Source: Eledone cirrhosa
Taxonomy: Eukaryota
DNA length: 64,000 nt
NCBI GenBank assembly: GCA_964016885.1
Contig: OZ024740.1
Coordinates: 284,518,001-284,582,000, forward strand
Reading direction: 5' to 3'
Position numbers and translations under genes: made by a program. The notes beneath the pieces are model-generated. The model saw only the letters and a list, made by a program, of their open reading frames with translations. It was not told the DNA's origin and searched no databases. Below, in pieces: positions 26,167-38,533 of the stretch (position 1 is its first letter; each line of letters begins with the position of its first letter).

Positions 26167-27244
26167 CCCCTCCCCTAGTCTATGATAGATTTGGCGGACT
26201 CCGCCCTTTATAGCAGTTGGCTTAGACCCCGGATACTTGCCCCCTTTTTCCGACCGCTCCCACTATTCTCTGTGCCCTCTATATTTCTTAGTGGCACTTA
26301 TGCCTTATTTTTTCGTTTCAGTATTTCTTGCTTCGCTTTTCTTCTGGGCGGGGTGGATTCTGAATTTATTTCTCCGTATTCTACCTTTATTTCGTACGAA
26401 CTTTCATGTAGCTTGTTTTAGATCTTTTAGAGTTAGCATTAGTATATATTTTTCTCGGGACTCAGAATTATTATCTCATACAAGTTCACTTTGCTGCACT
26501 GGGTCGTTGCTGGCCCGGGATGGATACCTTTATTGTTTATTTTGTGGTAGTCTCTTTAGTATTTTGGCCCCTTTTGTTGACCCGTCACCGTATCATTTAC
26601 GTACTTATACCTCTTAAAAGGGTCCTTGCCTATTTCGTCCCACCTAGTTCTTTTACTTATTTCGTTATTTCTTTATTTATTTATTTCTTTACTTCTTTCT
26701 TTCTTTCTTTATTTTATTCTAGCCTAACAATAGCCTGAGACCTAGGTCGTAGAATTTAATTTACTTTACTTTTTTCTTTACACTTATTTGCTTTTCTTCA
26801 CTCTCAGTATTTTTTCTTTCCTATATATTTCTACCCCCCATTGTTCTACCTACCGTTCCGACTTCCTCCCCCTCCCCCTCCCTGTATCTTCTTTGACCTC
26901 ATGCCCAGCTGTAGCTGGCACTACCAACGCTTGATTGGGTCTACTCCACCCCCTCCCCTCTTCTCCTACTGGCAGGTTTAGCCACCATCTCCCCTACTAA
27001 TTTGCAACCACAGAATTACTACTGATTTTTGACAATCACTTTGACCATATATGGAATTACCCCTTGAGAAGATCGGCTATTTAAATACCAGGATAAATTT
27101 TCATTTAGTCCAGAATTAGCCGTCGAAACGGCTTGAGCTCAGCTGTCGGGGTCTTACTGGTTCCTATTACCCACTCTACTACCTCAAGTATTGAGTACTT
27201 TGGTGCGTTATGGTCCACCTGGTTCCTTACCACATTTCCTTTGT
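26066..27244 (+). mobile_element. Non-coding T-rich Penelope-like/retrozyme-like element with a hammerhead near its 3' end
   Basis: Begins with a 22-bp perfect foldback, carries a hammerhead at 27059-27152, and ends at (TA)n 27245-27267. Confidence 0.55.
27059..27152 (+). ncRNA. Type I hammerhead ribozyme, U3-A8 core variant
   Basis: acccc-TTGAGAA-gatcggcta..tagccgtc-GAAACGGC-ttgagctca-GCTGTC-ggggt. All three stems pair; predicted cleavage after C27147. Confidence 0.72.
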
Positions 27245-27481
27245 TATATATATATATATATATATATGGGATAACAAGTTATCATTATAGGTAATCCAGT
27301 TAGAGGTTGTGAGTACCCTGTATTGTGGATAGTTTTAACGTACAGCTTTGTTTGACTCAACAATAGGTTTCCATCGTTAGGTAGCAAGTTCGCGAGAATT
27401 CCTATGCAGGTTGTACTTGGAGTAATAATAGTGAAAGATTGAAGAATAACATGGTCGGCTGTACAAAAAGGTTTTATTTCT

Positions 27482-27594
27482 AGTATTAACAATTGTTTCA
27501 TTGATCAGATGAGTCTAAAGGCCGCTAACCACTCGAAGTTGCATCACTCGACCTTAAATACAGTGTTTACCTCTGATCAAATCATCGGAATACT
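27482..27594 (-). ncRNA. Degenerate minimal hammerhead with long stem II
   Basis: Minus strand agtatt-CCGATGA-tttgatcaga..tctgatcaat-GAAAC-AATT-GTT-aatact, followed by AATAAA; U4 is replaced by C. Confidence 0.6.
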
Positions 27595-27659
27595 GGAGGT
27601 TTTACATATGGCATTGGTATTTATAGATACAACATAGAATCAAAACAATAACATCAATA

Positions 27660-28106
27660 ATTATTTCTTCTTTTGGCACAAGGCCAGCAATTACTCAGTG
27701 TATTACTGGTACTTTATTTTATCGACCCCATAAGGATGAAAGGCAAAGTTAACCTCGACGGGATTTGAACTCAGAATGGCAAGGGCTGTTACTCTATGCA
27801 TCAAAGCATGGCGTCCAACCCTCTACCGATACTGCCAATTCACAATAACATCAATAATAAAAGATAATAATAAAGAAGTAAAGAAGTTAGAGTGAAGATG
27901 TAAAAATAAGTAAAAAAATAATTGTTTCTACTTTAGGCACAAGGCCAGCAATTACCCAGTACATTACTGGTACTTTATTTTATCGACCCCGTAAGGATGA
28001 AAGGCAAAGTTAACCTCGGCGGGATTTGAACTCAGAATGTAAAGGGACGTAACTATGCTAGAAAGCATGGCGTCCAACCCTCTACCGATACTGCCAATTC
28101 ACCGCC
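27660..28106 (-). mobile_element. Two copies of SINE family A (27660-27842, 27920-28106)
   Basis: Reverse complement of the 12668 consensus. Confidence 0.9.
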
Positions 28107-28619
28107 TTTAAAATAAGTAAAAAAATAATAAGTACAGAATACGATTGCTGATAATAGTGGTGGTGGTGGTGGTGGTGATTGAAGTTACAGTGGTGAGTAA
28201 GTGTATGTGTAAAGACGTGGTGAGGGTAGAGATAATACTAACATGAAACGAAACCTGAGATACATACATACTAGTGGTCAAATCTCAGAGGGTTAGAGTA
28301 GAAAATAAAAAAATAATAACAAAAGACAGATAAAAGATAATAAATTAAAAATTGAGAGGGGAAGAGATACAGGACAGGAGACAGAGAGTGGGGGTGGTGA
28401 TCCGATGATACATGTGGTAAATATTTGGCAAGCTGATTGTCTTATCTTAATGGGGGTGATGTGACTTTAGAGAGAGAGAGTGAAAGAAAGGTTAGGAGAT
28501 TTATGATATTGATTTAGTGACCAGTTGTTCAGTTGACAGCTAATAACAGTGGGGTGGAGTGTAGTCAGTACATTAGAATCTGGGTGGTTCTGTTTGAATT
28601 TTGAGATTGCTGGATAGAA

Positions 28620-28800
28620 CCATGTTGGTTTGAAATTTGCGAACTTGGTAGCTGCTTTGTGTCTACAGAACATTGATCGTTCTATTTTGTTGTTAAGCAG
28701 CATTTTATCATACTTTAAAATATGGAGCAGCTCCATATTGCAAAGTCCGCAGTGGGACATTCCATTTTTGTAGGCCCTTGCTCCCGATAATTTGGCAGCT
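28620..28800 (-). mobile_element. Penelope-like element ORF C-terminus (after the GIY-YIG domain)
   Basis: ARAYKNGMSHCGLCNMELLHILKY..LLNNKIERSMFCRHK matches the Y..G..C.LC..E...I...LN...E....CRH pattern of invertebrate PLEs. Confidence 0.7.
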
Positions 28801-28844
28801 GAAGGACACAAACCAGGAATATGGGATTAGCTGGTCGAAATTAT

Positions 28845-29032
28845 CAGGATGATAGTGCTGATGATGATGATGATGATGATGATGATAGTGGTGATGATGA
28901 TGATGATGATGATGATGAGGATGATGGTGAGGATGATGGTGGTGGTGGTTGTCGTGGTCGTGGTCGTGGTCATGGTCGTGGTGGCCGTTGTGGTAGTCGT
29001 GATGGTGGTGGTGAAGATGATGATGATGATAT
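28845..29032. repeat. (GAT)n/(GGT)n compound microsatellite
   Basis: Direct reading. Confidence 0.9.
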
Positions 29033-30897
29033 ATTGTATAAAGTGTTTGGCAATGGACAATGTATAATAAGATATTCTTTCCTCCAATGTGATGTTAAAT
29101 TTAACATATCTAATATACACTGAATATACATTTAATATGTATTACTATTTTTTGTAAATTAACAGCATTGAAGAGTTAAAGTGTGGTAAAGCAGTGACAG
29201 TGGTAATACCAGGAAAGGTAGTAGTATCAAATTACATAATACTAGCAACAATACTATTAGCTGCTGTGGTAGCTGTTGTCACACAGAGAGGTTGATATTC
29301 TGAAGTTGATATGTCAGCCTATGATCAGATATTGTTTTAACACAGAGCAGATTACTAACCTTTACATCACACAACTCAACAATGTCTGTTCCTTGTAGAC
29401 AGATAGGGGGTTATTTGATTTCAGAGCAGCCAATAAAATAAACAAATGGTATTTCAAGAAGTAGTATCAGATATCTAAACAGTTTCTGTTCCACTGATTC
29501 TCTCCAAGAAATATTTGACAAAACAAAACCAAATTATATTCCTGAAGCAAAATCTTTTTTTTTCCTACTTTTTTTTTCTGTTTTGGCAGGTAGGAAGCAG
29601 TCTAATCCAGAAACTTAACCAACAGAAAAGTTTTAAGCATTTCAAGTACTTTAGAGGAATAAAAAATTAGTATTATGTTAAGAACTATTTCTTTTAAATG
29701 TGAAAAACTTTTACTTCAGGTCAAACATACTTTACTGGAAAAAGCTTAATATTTTAGTGCTTTCCATTATTTGTAATGTTCATCTTGTGGTAACCTTGAC
29801 TGAGTAGACCTATGATCAAAGGTATTCCAGTCGTAATCCTCCTATCTTTCTGTATATCAAGAATCTATATACAATATCTGTTTTTTAATTGCTAGAGTAC
29901 CAATACAACATGTGTTATGAATAAATAAGTATACAGTGTGGTTGGTGTTAGGAAGGGCATCCAGCCGTAGAAAACCTGTCAGATAGTCCTATATGAGCGA
30001 GACACGGTCACCCGACCAACCTTACGTCAAGTGGGACAACTCCCGTCTAACCCATGCTAGCATGGAAGATGGACATTAAGCGATGATGATGATAGTATAT
30101 GTATGTATTTGTGAAGGCATCTGGCTTAGTGGTTAAAGAATTGGATTCACAATCATGAGGTTGTGATTTTGATTCCTGGACTGGGTGATGCATAATGTGC
30201 TTGAACAAGACACTATTTCACATTGCTCTTTCTGTCAGGGGTTGCAACCAGTAGATATTATCAGCAATGGAAAGACCAATAGAAGCATTATTTCCTTGGT
30301 CCAATTTGATGAGTTCCATTCCACTCAGTAAGTGAATTAGATCTGGGATCTTGTCAATTAATAAGAAATAAAAAACAATGTGTTTATTATCACTGTGAAA
30401 TTAGTGCCTTATGAAAACCACTTCAGCTGCCTGAGATGGGAACTGGGGTGACTGATTTTGTTATTGCTTAATGATCCATCAAGATGTGCTTACCACTCTT
30501 ATCCAGGGTACCCTTTTTTTAAGACAGTAGGATGGCATTTCAAGGAGATTTTACAATTTCTAGTAGGGTGAGCAACCACATAGAAGCTTCAGACAGTTCA
30601 GTCAAAATGTAGTGGAACCAAAAAATAGTAGAGTGCTAGGCTAACAACTTTTCACTATCTAGTTCCATATAACTTTTATATCCTGATTGAAAATCAGGAT
30701 ATGCTCCATTTTACCTTTTATTCACCCATGGGTTATAAAATATTTAGTCAGATTAACATGGGCATAGCTTTATGGTTAAGAGGATTGTTTCATCACCACA
30801 TTGTTCTGGTTCAATCTCACTGTGTGACATCTTTGAAAAGTGTCTTCTACTATAACCATAGGTTGACATCTACTGTGCAGAAACCCATCATATATAT

Positions 30898-30898
30898 A

Positions 30899-30933
<35 letters not shown>

Positions 30934-30934
30934 T

Positions 30935-31025
<91 letters not shown>
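30898..31025. repeat. (TG)n(GA)n microsatellite
   Basis: Direct reading. Confidence 0.95.
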
Positions 31026-31027
<2 letters not shown>

Positions 31028-31636
31028 CTGTATGTGTCTGTGTGTCTAACTGTTTGTTTGTTGCTCTGTCAGTATCCCTGCTTTTCTTTATGACTTCACT
31101 GGTCTAAAACCAGTATTTCTGCCTATGTCATATCACTTTATTTCCCATAACATAACAGTTCAACAAATAGAGATCGATATAAGTATTGGATTGATATGAT
31201 TAGCTAAAACCCTTAGAGGTGAAGCCCCAGACTGGCTGCAGTCCAATATCTAAAACTAGTAAAAGAAGAAATGAATAAAAGAATACTATGGCTGATTCAT
31301 TCAACTGTACACTGTACAAATGTGTGGCCTTGTGCCAACATTAAAAAAAATAATCATTTCTGTTCAGATTTTAGTAAATTCCTACTCTCCAGGTGATGTA
31401 ATTTGTACTAGATTTTGAGCTAATGGTAACATACAAGTTAGAAGTAATTAGGGAGAGATTTGAGAACTGTTACTTACACCTGTTGGGAATAGAAACAAAA
31501 ACCTCTTAACTTATTCAAAGAACCAACTATCTAAAATATGTCTATGATCATGTATGAAAGAGGGAAATGCATGCAAAGTATCTATGGCAACTGGATATAA
31601 ATGGGTTGTGTATGATCCACTATGATTTGAATGCAG

Positions 31637-32116
31637 CATAGCTGAATGCTTAAGAAGTTCATTTCACAATGATGAGGGTCCAATGTTCAGTCCCATAATC
31701 AGGCATTTTGGGAAAGTGTCATTCACCATAGCTTCTGATCAACTCACGTATTGTGAATTGATATAAATGGAGAAAGAACCCAGCCCACACTGTAAAATGG
31801 TTGTGCAGGTGTCACGACAAAAAGCACCCAGCCCACACTGTAAAATGGTTGTGTAGGTGTCACGACCAAAAAGTACCCAGTACACACTGTAAATGTGGAT
31901 GTGTAGGTGTCACAACAAAAAATCACCCAGCCCCACACTGTAAATGTGGTTGGTGTTAGGAAGGGTATCCAGCCGAAGAAACCAAGCCAAAATCAGTTCT
32001 GTATGAGCAAGACATGAGCAAGACATGAGCTGGCTTGTCTCACAACAGGGCAACTTGTCTAACCCATGCTAGCACGGAAAAATGGACATTAAACATTGAT
32101 GATGATGATGATGATG
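31637..32116 (+). mobile_element. Decayed tRNA-SINE head fused to about four 48-bp units and an RTE tail
   Basis: Head resembles 30762-30870 (aagtgtc.tc.ac.atagc), then cccagcccacactgtaaa units, ggttggtgttaggaagggtatccagc and (GAT)n. Confidence 0.65.
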
Positions 32117-32321
32117 AGAATCTGTTTGGAAGCCCATCGCATAGATTTCAAAGCTAAAGTTAGCATACACCATGTTCTGTGGGATCTTGATAAGGATTAC
32201 ATTAAGGGTACAGTGGAATACTCAGCCACTTACATGTTCATTTCAGAAGTAGGCTACTTTATTGACCAAATAACTGGACACATTGTCAAAATTTCATTCA
32301 TCTTTACTATGATATGCAGTC

Positions 32322-32532
32322 TTAACTCTTAAGCATTTAAACCAGACATATCTGGCCAGAATTCTCTCACCTCTTTCTGTTCAAACCAGCCATAACCAGT
32401 TGCTCATACTTATGTTAAGGTATAGTTCTGAAAATAAATAATATCAAAATCTCATAGATTCAATATTATGTGAGATATTTACCACCAAAATACAGTAGTA
32501 TATATAAAGTAATATAAATGCTAAAAGGTTAA
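32322..32532. mobile_element. piggyBac-type MITE copy
   Basis: TTAA flanks and degenerate TIRs; same body as 19433 in the opposite orientation. Confidence 0.8.
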
Positions 32533-33061
32533 TTTAATATAATGTTTGAACGCACAAGCTGAAAAAATGAAGACCATTAACAGATGTATACAGAAGACAT
32601 GGCTGCATATGTTTGGGAATAGGTGATACGGTCTGGATAAAAAATATTGCCATGAGTTAGTGATGGATAATAGATGCAATAAAAGTTAACCAAGAAAAAC
32701 TAGGAAAAGAAGTAGTTTGTCAAACCTAAGAACGCGAGGCCTCAATGATGAAATTATGTAAGATTTGAGATTCTTAATAAGCTGTTGCAATGAAGACCTA
32801 ACCAACCCAGGTCAAGGGGCCTGGTGGTGAGTGATAATTGTTCAAACAATGCTCAGCTGGCTTAGAAACAGCTACTTTCACAGAGCAACCAATCCCACAT
32901 CAAAAATATTGCTCTCTGTCAGTAACACATGACTGAATATGTGTGCATAAGTTTGTTTATTTCTCTGTGTATATGTGTGCGTATGTGTGCATGTACATGT
33001 GTGTATGTGTGCATGTGTGTGTGTAGATGTGTGTGTGTGCGTGTATGTGAGTATATGTGTT

Positions 33062-33141
<80 letters not shown>

Positions 33142-33323
33142 TGTGTGTGTGTGTGTCTGTGTGTAATTTATCATAAGAAGGACATGCCTAATTTGTTCAA
33201 TGCTGTCAAAACTATATATGACCCAATAACTGCATCACTTCCTTAAAAACAACAGAAGGTTTAACACTTCCTAAGGATCAGAATAGGATCTGGTTAAGGT
33301 GAGTTGAACATACTTACAGCTGC

Positions 33324-33593
33324 TTAACCCTTTAGCATTTAAACTGGCCATGTCTGGCCAGAATTCTCTCACCTCTTTCTGTTCAAACCAGCCGTTCATA
33401 CTGATGTTAAGGTATTGTTCTCCAAATAAATGGTATCAAAATCTCATAAATTTGATATTATGTGAGATAATTATGTGAAATAAAGTGTATACCATGAAAA
33501 TACAATAGTAAATATAGAGTTATGGAAATGGTAAAGTATATTCCATGAAAATACAATAGTATATATAGAGTAATGTAAATGTTAAACTGTTAA
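33324..33593. mobile_element. piggyBac-type MITE copy with an internal ~50-bp duplication
   Basis: TTAACCCTTTAGCATTTAAA start; ccatgaaaatacaatagta occurs twice. Confidence 0.8.
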
Positions 33594-34143
33594 TCAAGAC
33601 TCTGGCGCAGACCACCGCCATTTTGATAAACTGCCTGAAATTCCTTATTCCTTCCATCTCTGGCCTCAGATTACCTTGCCACCATCACATGAATATACTC
33701 CATTTGCAATAAAGCTTAAGGGTTCAAGATAGGACTATTCAGATCTCACTGTTAAAAGAGTACATATATCAAAAAGGCTCAAAAAGACTCTTCATTTATG
33801 TCAAGGGCATGACAACCTCTCTAGTGTTGGTAATCTAAATGATAAATGCATCCAGTGCACTCTGTAGAGTAGGAATTATGTAAGCAATGACCAGGCTTCT
33901 GGCCCATTTGAGAGGTCAGTAGCTCCAATTAAGTACTGACTTGGTGTGTGACGATTTAATCCAACCCATGCTAGCAGGGAAAACAGACATTAAATAAGGT
34001 AGGTGATAATGATGATGGTGATGAGGATGACAATGATGATGATGATGGTGGTGGTGGTGGTGATGGTGGTGGTGGTGGTGGTGATGATGATGATAATATT
34101 ATTTCAGTTATGAAAGCAAGAGAGTGTTGTTAAAGTGCTGGGC

Positions 34144-34372
34144 TTAACCCTTTAGAACTTATATTACTCTATAATTACTATTATATTTTCACAGTAAAGG
34201 CTTTACCTCACACAATTATCTCACATAATATAGAATCTATGAGATTTTGATATTATTTATTTTGAGAACAATACCTTAATATCAGTATGAGTAGCTGGTT
34301 ACAACCAGTTTGAACAGAAAGAGGTAAGAGAATTCTGGTTGGATATTGCCGCTTTAAATGCTAAAGGGTTAA
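34144..34372. mobile_element. piggyBac-type MITE copy
   Basis: TTAACCCTTTAG..GCTAAAGGGTTAA. Confidence 0.85.
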
Positions 34373-34625
34373 TAAAGGGTTAATAAATATTGTAGAATAT
34401 TTGCTTACATCCCTTCATGCTGTGAGTTAAACTCTACCAAATTCGACTTTGTTTTACATCAATAAAGAAAGTATATATTGGAGTTCAAACCATTTGTCTA
34501 TGTCTTCTTTTCTTAATTGTAACCTAGTTCACTATATAATTAGATATACTGGGTTGATACTATCATAGTAATTATATCTACCCAGTTTGTTGTGTATCAG
34601 TTAATGTTTATTATTTGTGACATCT

Positions 34626-36097
34626 AGTAGGCACCTCTTAACCACTATACCCCAGCCCCTTACACTGTGAACAAAACATATTCAGCCCACACGGTAAAGT
34701 GGTCGTTTAGCTGTCACAAAAGGCACCCAGCTCACACTGTAAAGTGGTCATGTAGGTGTCATGACAAAAAGTACCCAGCCAACACTGTAAAATGGTCGTG
34801 CAGGTGTCACAACGAAAAGCACCCAGCCCACACAGTTTACAGTGGTCATGTAGGTGTCATGACAAAAAGCACCCAGCCCACCTGTAAAGTGGTTGTGTAA
34901 GTGTCATGACAAAAAGCACCCAGCCCACCTGTAAAGTGGTTGTGTAAGTGTCATGACAAAAAGCACCCAGCCCATACTGTAAAGTGGTCATGTAGGTGTC
35001 ATGACAAAAAGCACCCAGCCAACACTGTAAAATGGTCGTGCAGGTGTCACAACGAAAAGCACCCAGCCCACACAGTTTACAGTGGTCATGTAGGTGTCAT
35101 GACAAAAAGCACCCAGCCCACCTGTAAAGTGGTTGTGTTAGTGTCATGACAAAAAGCACCCAGCCCACCTGTAAAGTGGTTGTGTAAGTGTCATGACAAA
35201 AAGCACCCAACCCACCTGTAAAGTGGTTGTGTAGTTGTCATGACAAAAAGCACCCAGCCCATACTGTAAAGTGGTCATGTAGGTGTCATGACAAAAAGCA
35301 CCCAGCCAACACTGTAAAATGGTCGTGCAGGTGTCACAACGAAAAGCACCCAGCCCACACAGTTTACAGTGGTCATGTAGGTGTCATGACAAAAAGCACC
35401 CAGCCCACCTGTAAAGTGGTTGTGTAAGTGTCATGACAAAAAGCACCCAGCCCACCTGTAAAGTGGTTGTGTAAGTGTCATGACAAAAAGCACCCAGCCC
35501 ATACTGTAAAGTGGTCATGTAGGTGTCATGACAAAAAGCACCCAGCCAACACTGTAAAATGGTCGTGCAGGTGTCACAACGAAAAGCACCCAGCCCACAC
35601 AGTTTACAGTGGTCATGTAGGTGTCATGACAAAAAGCACCCAGCCCACCTGTAAAGTGGTTGTGTTAGTGTCATGACAAAAAGCACCCAGCCCACCTGTA
35701 AAGTGGTTGTGTAAGTGTCATGACAAAAAGCACCCAGCCCACCTGTAAAGTGGTTGTGTAAGTGTCATGACAAAAAGCACCCAGCCCACCTGTAAAGTGG
35801 TTGTGTAAGTGTCATGACAAAAAGCACCCAACCCACACTGTAAAGTGGCTGTGTAGTTATCATGACAAAAAGCACCCAGCCCATACTGTAAAGTGGTCAT
35901 GTAGGTGTCATGACAAAAAGCACCCAGCCCACACTGTAAATGTGGTTGGAATTAGGAAGGGCATCCAGCTGTAGAAAGCTAGCTAGAAACAGTTTTATAT
36001 GTGAAAGAGATGGTCACCTGACTCAACTTGCCTCAAATAGGACAACACGTCTAACCCATGCTAGCGTAGAAAATGGACGCTAAATGATGATGATGAT
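34626..36097 (+). repeat. RTE 3' UTR containing an expanded 46-50-bp tandem array (~27 units)
   Basis: Starts agtaggcacctcttaa (start of the RTE 3' UTR); unit tcatgtaggtgtcatgacaaaaagcacccagcccacactgtaaagtgg; ends with the RTE tail and (GAT)n. Confidence 0.9.
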
Positions 36098-36107
36098 CTT
36101 AGAGCAA

Positions 36108-36499
36108 TGGATTGGCAGAATAATTACAGCATTTAGTTATTAATGCTCTTTACATTTTGAGTTCAAATCCAGCAGTGATTTGAAAATCAACTTCATTTTT
36201 CATCCTTCTGGGGATTGATAAAATAAAGTACCAGTTAAGTACTGGGGGGGGGGGATATAATTAACTTTCTCCTACGCCGAAACTGCTACCCTTGTGCTTT
36301 ATTTAGAAATCTGGATTGGCAGTATCGGTAGAGGGTCGGACACCATGCTTTGCAGCAAAGAGTTACGGCCCTTTATGGTCTGAGTTCAAATCCCACCGAG
36401 GTTAACTTTGCCTTCCATCCTTACAGGGTCGATAAAATAAAGTACCAGTAATACACTGGGATAATTGCTGGCCTTGTGCCAAAAGTAGAAACAATTATT
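36108..36499 (+). mobile_element. Old and young SINE family A copies in tandem
   Basis: ggattggcag heads at ~36109 and ~36313, each with a B box and the core block. Confidence 0.85.
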
Positions 36500-36847
36500 T
36501 GTGATATCTTTTTAATTGATGGCTGCTGGTTTTTATATTATTAACTGACATTCTAATTAATTAACATTATTCACTGACAACCTTTATATTATTAACTGTT
36601 GTCATTAACTCATAACTAACATCTTTTAATTATCAACTGGCCTCTCTTTAACTATTAAGTAACATCATCTTTTAATTACTTGCTACCATATTTTTAAATA
36701 CTTACAGACTTCTTTTAAATAACTGTATGATGTTACAGTGAAACTAAAGTGCAAAAAATGTACTCTTACAGACATATCTATTGCATATTAAGATGGCAGT
36801 TGAAAACTATGATGTCATCACAACTGCAGCTGCTCCTGTTGTTGATA

Positions 36848-36891
<44 letters not shown>

Positions 36892-37811
36892 GATGTTGAT
36901 GATGACAATAATGACCATAACTATGACAATGATAATGATCATCATCATGGTTATGATGATGGTGTAGAAAATACTGTTCAGTATGCTGTGTTTATAAATA
37001 GTACGAAAAATAAAATAGAATGCAAAATAGATATAAATATCATGAAAGTTTATTATTAGGAACACATCTTGAATATTTAACACTATTGCTATTAACTTTA
37101 TCCTTTCTGTTTCTATCTACATTACATTTCAACTGAGCATCATCAGGTCGGATATCATTATATATCTTACATATTATTGCATGCCATACCATTTAAGTAT
37201 CTCTGCATTGTTGATGGTATTTCCTCATTGTTCCTGAAATCCTCATGGGAAGGAGAAGGGAGAGGCTTTTGCCAGTGAGGTTGATTAATGTGGAGAAAGA
37301 GTCCTGAGTTCAATTCCCACAATGGTTGGTCTTCAAAGCCTCTGTATCTATGGCATAACTGTGTAGAAATGATTGGAGATTTGGAGAGAAATGTAGTTGT
37401 CACATTCTGTTGCAATCTGTCTTGGTACATTCTCTCAGTGTGTAAGGGATGCTACATGGCCTTTGGTGAGGTTTCAATCCTGACACAGAATTTAAACTCA
37501 GAATGCAAAGACCCAGAACAAATATGATGTGGCATCTCATCTGACATTCTAATAATGTTGCCAATCCATCATTCTGGGTTGGTACTTTATTTATCAATCA
37601 CAAAAGGATGAGATGCAAAGTAGTCCTTGGAGGGATTAGAAATCTAAGTGAAGAGATCCATATCAAATACTGCAAGGTATTCTATCCAATACATTGGATA
37701 AAGTAGTGCTAGGTTCCCTCTACACCAGATAACGTTAGGATGACCAGATTTGGACTGCCTTTCATCACAAGTCTGCTTCATCAGGGCTGAACAGAGGCTA
37801 AACAACAACAA

Positions 37812-37900
<89 letters not shown>

Positions 37901-38533
37901 CAAACAAAACCACATAAACAGATCTGAATTTTTCTATTACTAGGATTTTTTCAACACGCTGGTGCGTATGTGTATATGTGCATATACATACATTTATATG
38001 CATGAGTATATAAATACAAATGTGCAAAAAACACAAATACACTTACAAAAAATACACACTCAGACATACATTCACACAAACACACACATACATTCACACA
38101 AACACATACACACATACACAGCATAACAAATGGAACGCCAGCCACTGTTTTGCTATAGTTTTTTCACACACACACACCCTACCTTTCTTTTACACACACA
38201 TACATTGATGCTGGTAAAAGACATAAAGAGAGAGGAGTAGTATGAGTTAGTCAATCTACTCCTCTCTCTTTACGTGTTATGATAGAATCACAGAAATTTA
38301 TATATAGATTGAAAGAGTAACAGAAACCATGAAACACCAGACATTTTATCTTGCCATCTGAGTTCTAATCTCACTAGTCACCTTAACTTACTATTTCTCC
38401 AAGGGTGTGATGGTAAACAAAGTACAAGTTAGATATTGTGTCTATATAAAATATGTTATATTTACAGTACTTGGTGTGAGTGCCATGGAAGCAAGTTGTA
38501 AGCTCCAAGCAAATTCTGTCTCTCAATCAGTCA

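Noticed and set aside
36781-37059. Acidic poly-Asp ORFs (also 28821-29123)
   Set aside because: (GAT)n microsatellites.
37125-37150. CTGATGA..GAAA on the minus strand
   Set aside because: No stem II, stem I or valid stem III pairing, so it is not a hammerhead.
38224-38272. 17-bp perfect inverted repeat with a 15-nt loop
   Set aside because: Low-complexity GA/TC arms and isolated; probably a local template-switch event with no evidence of function.
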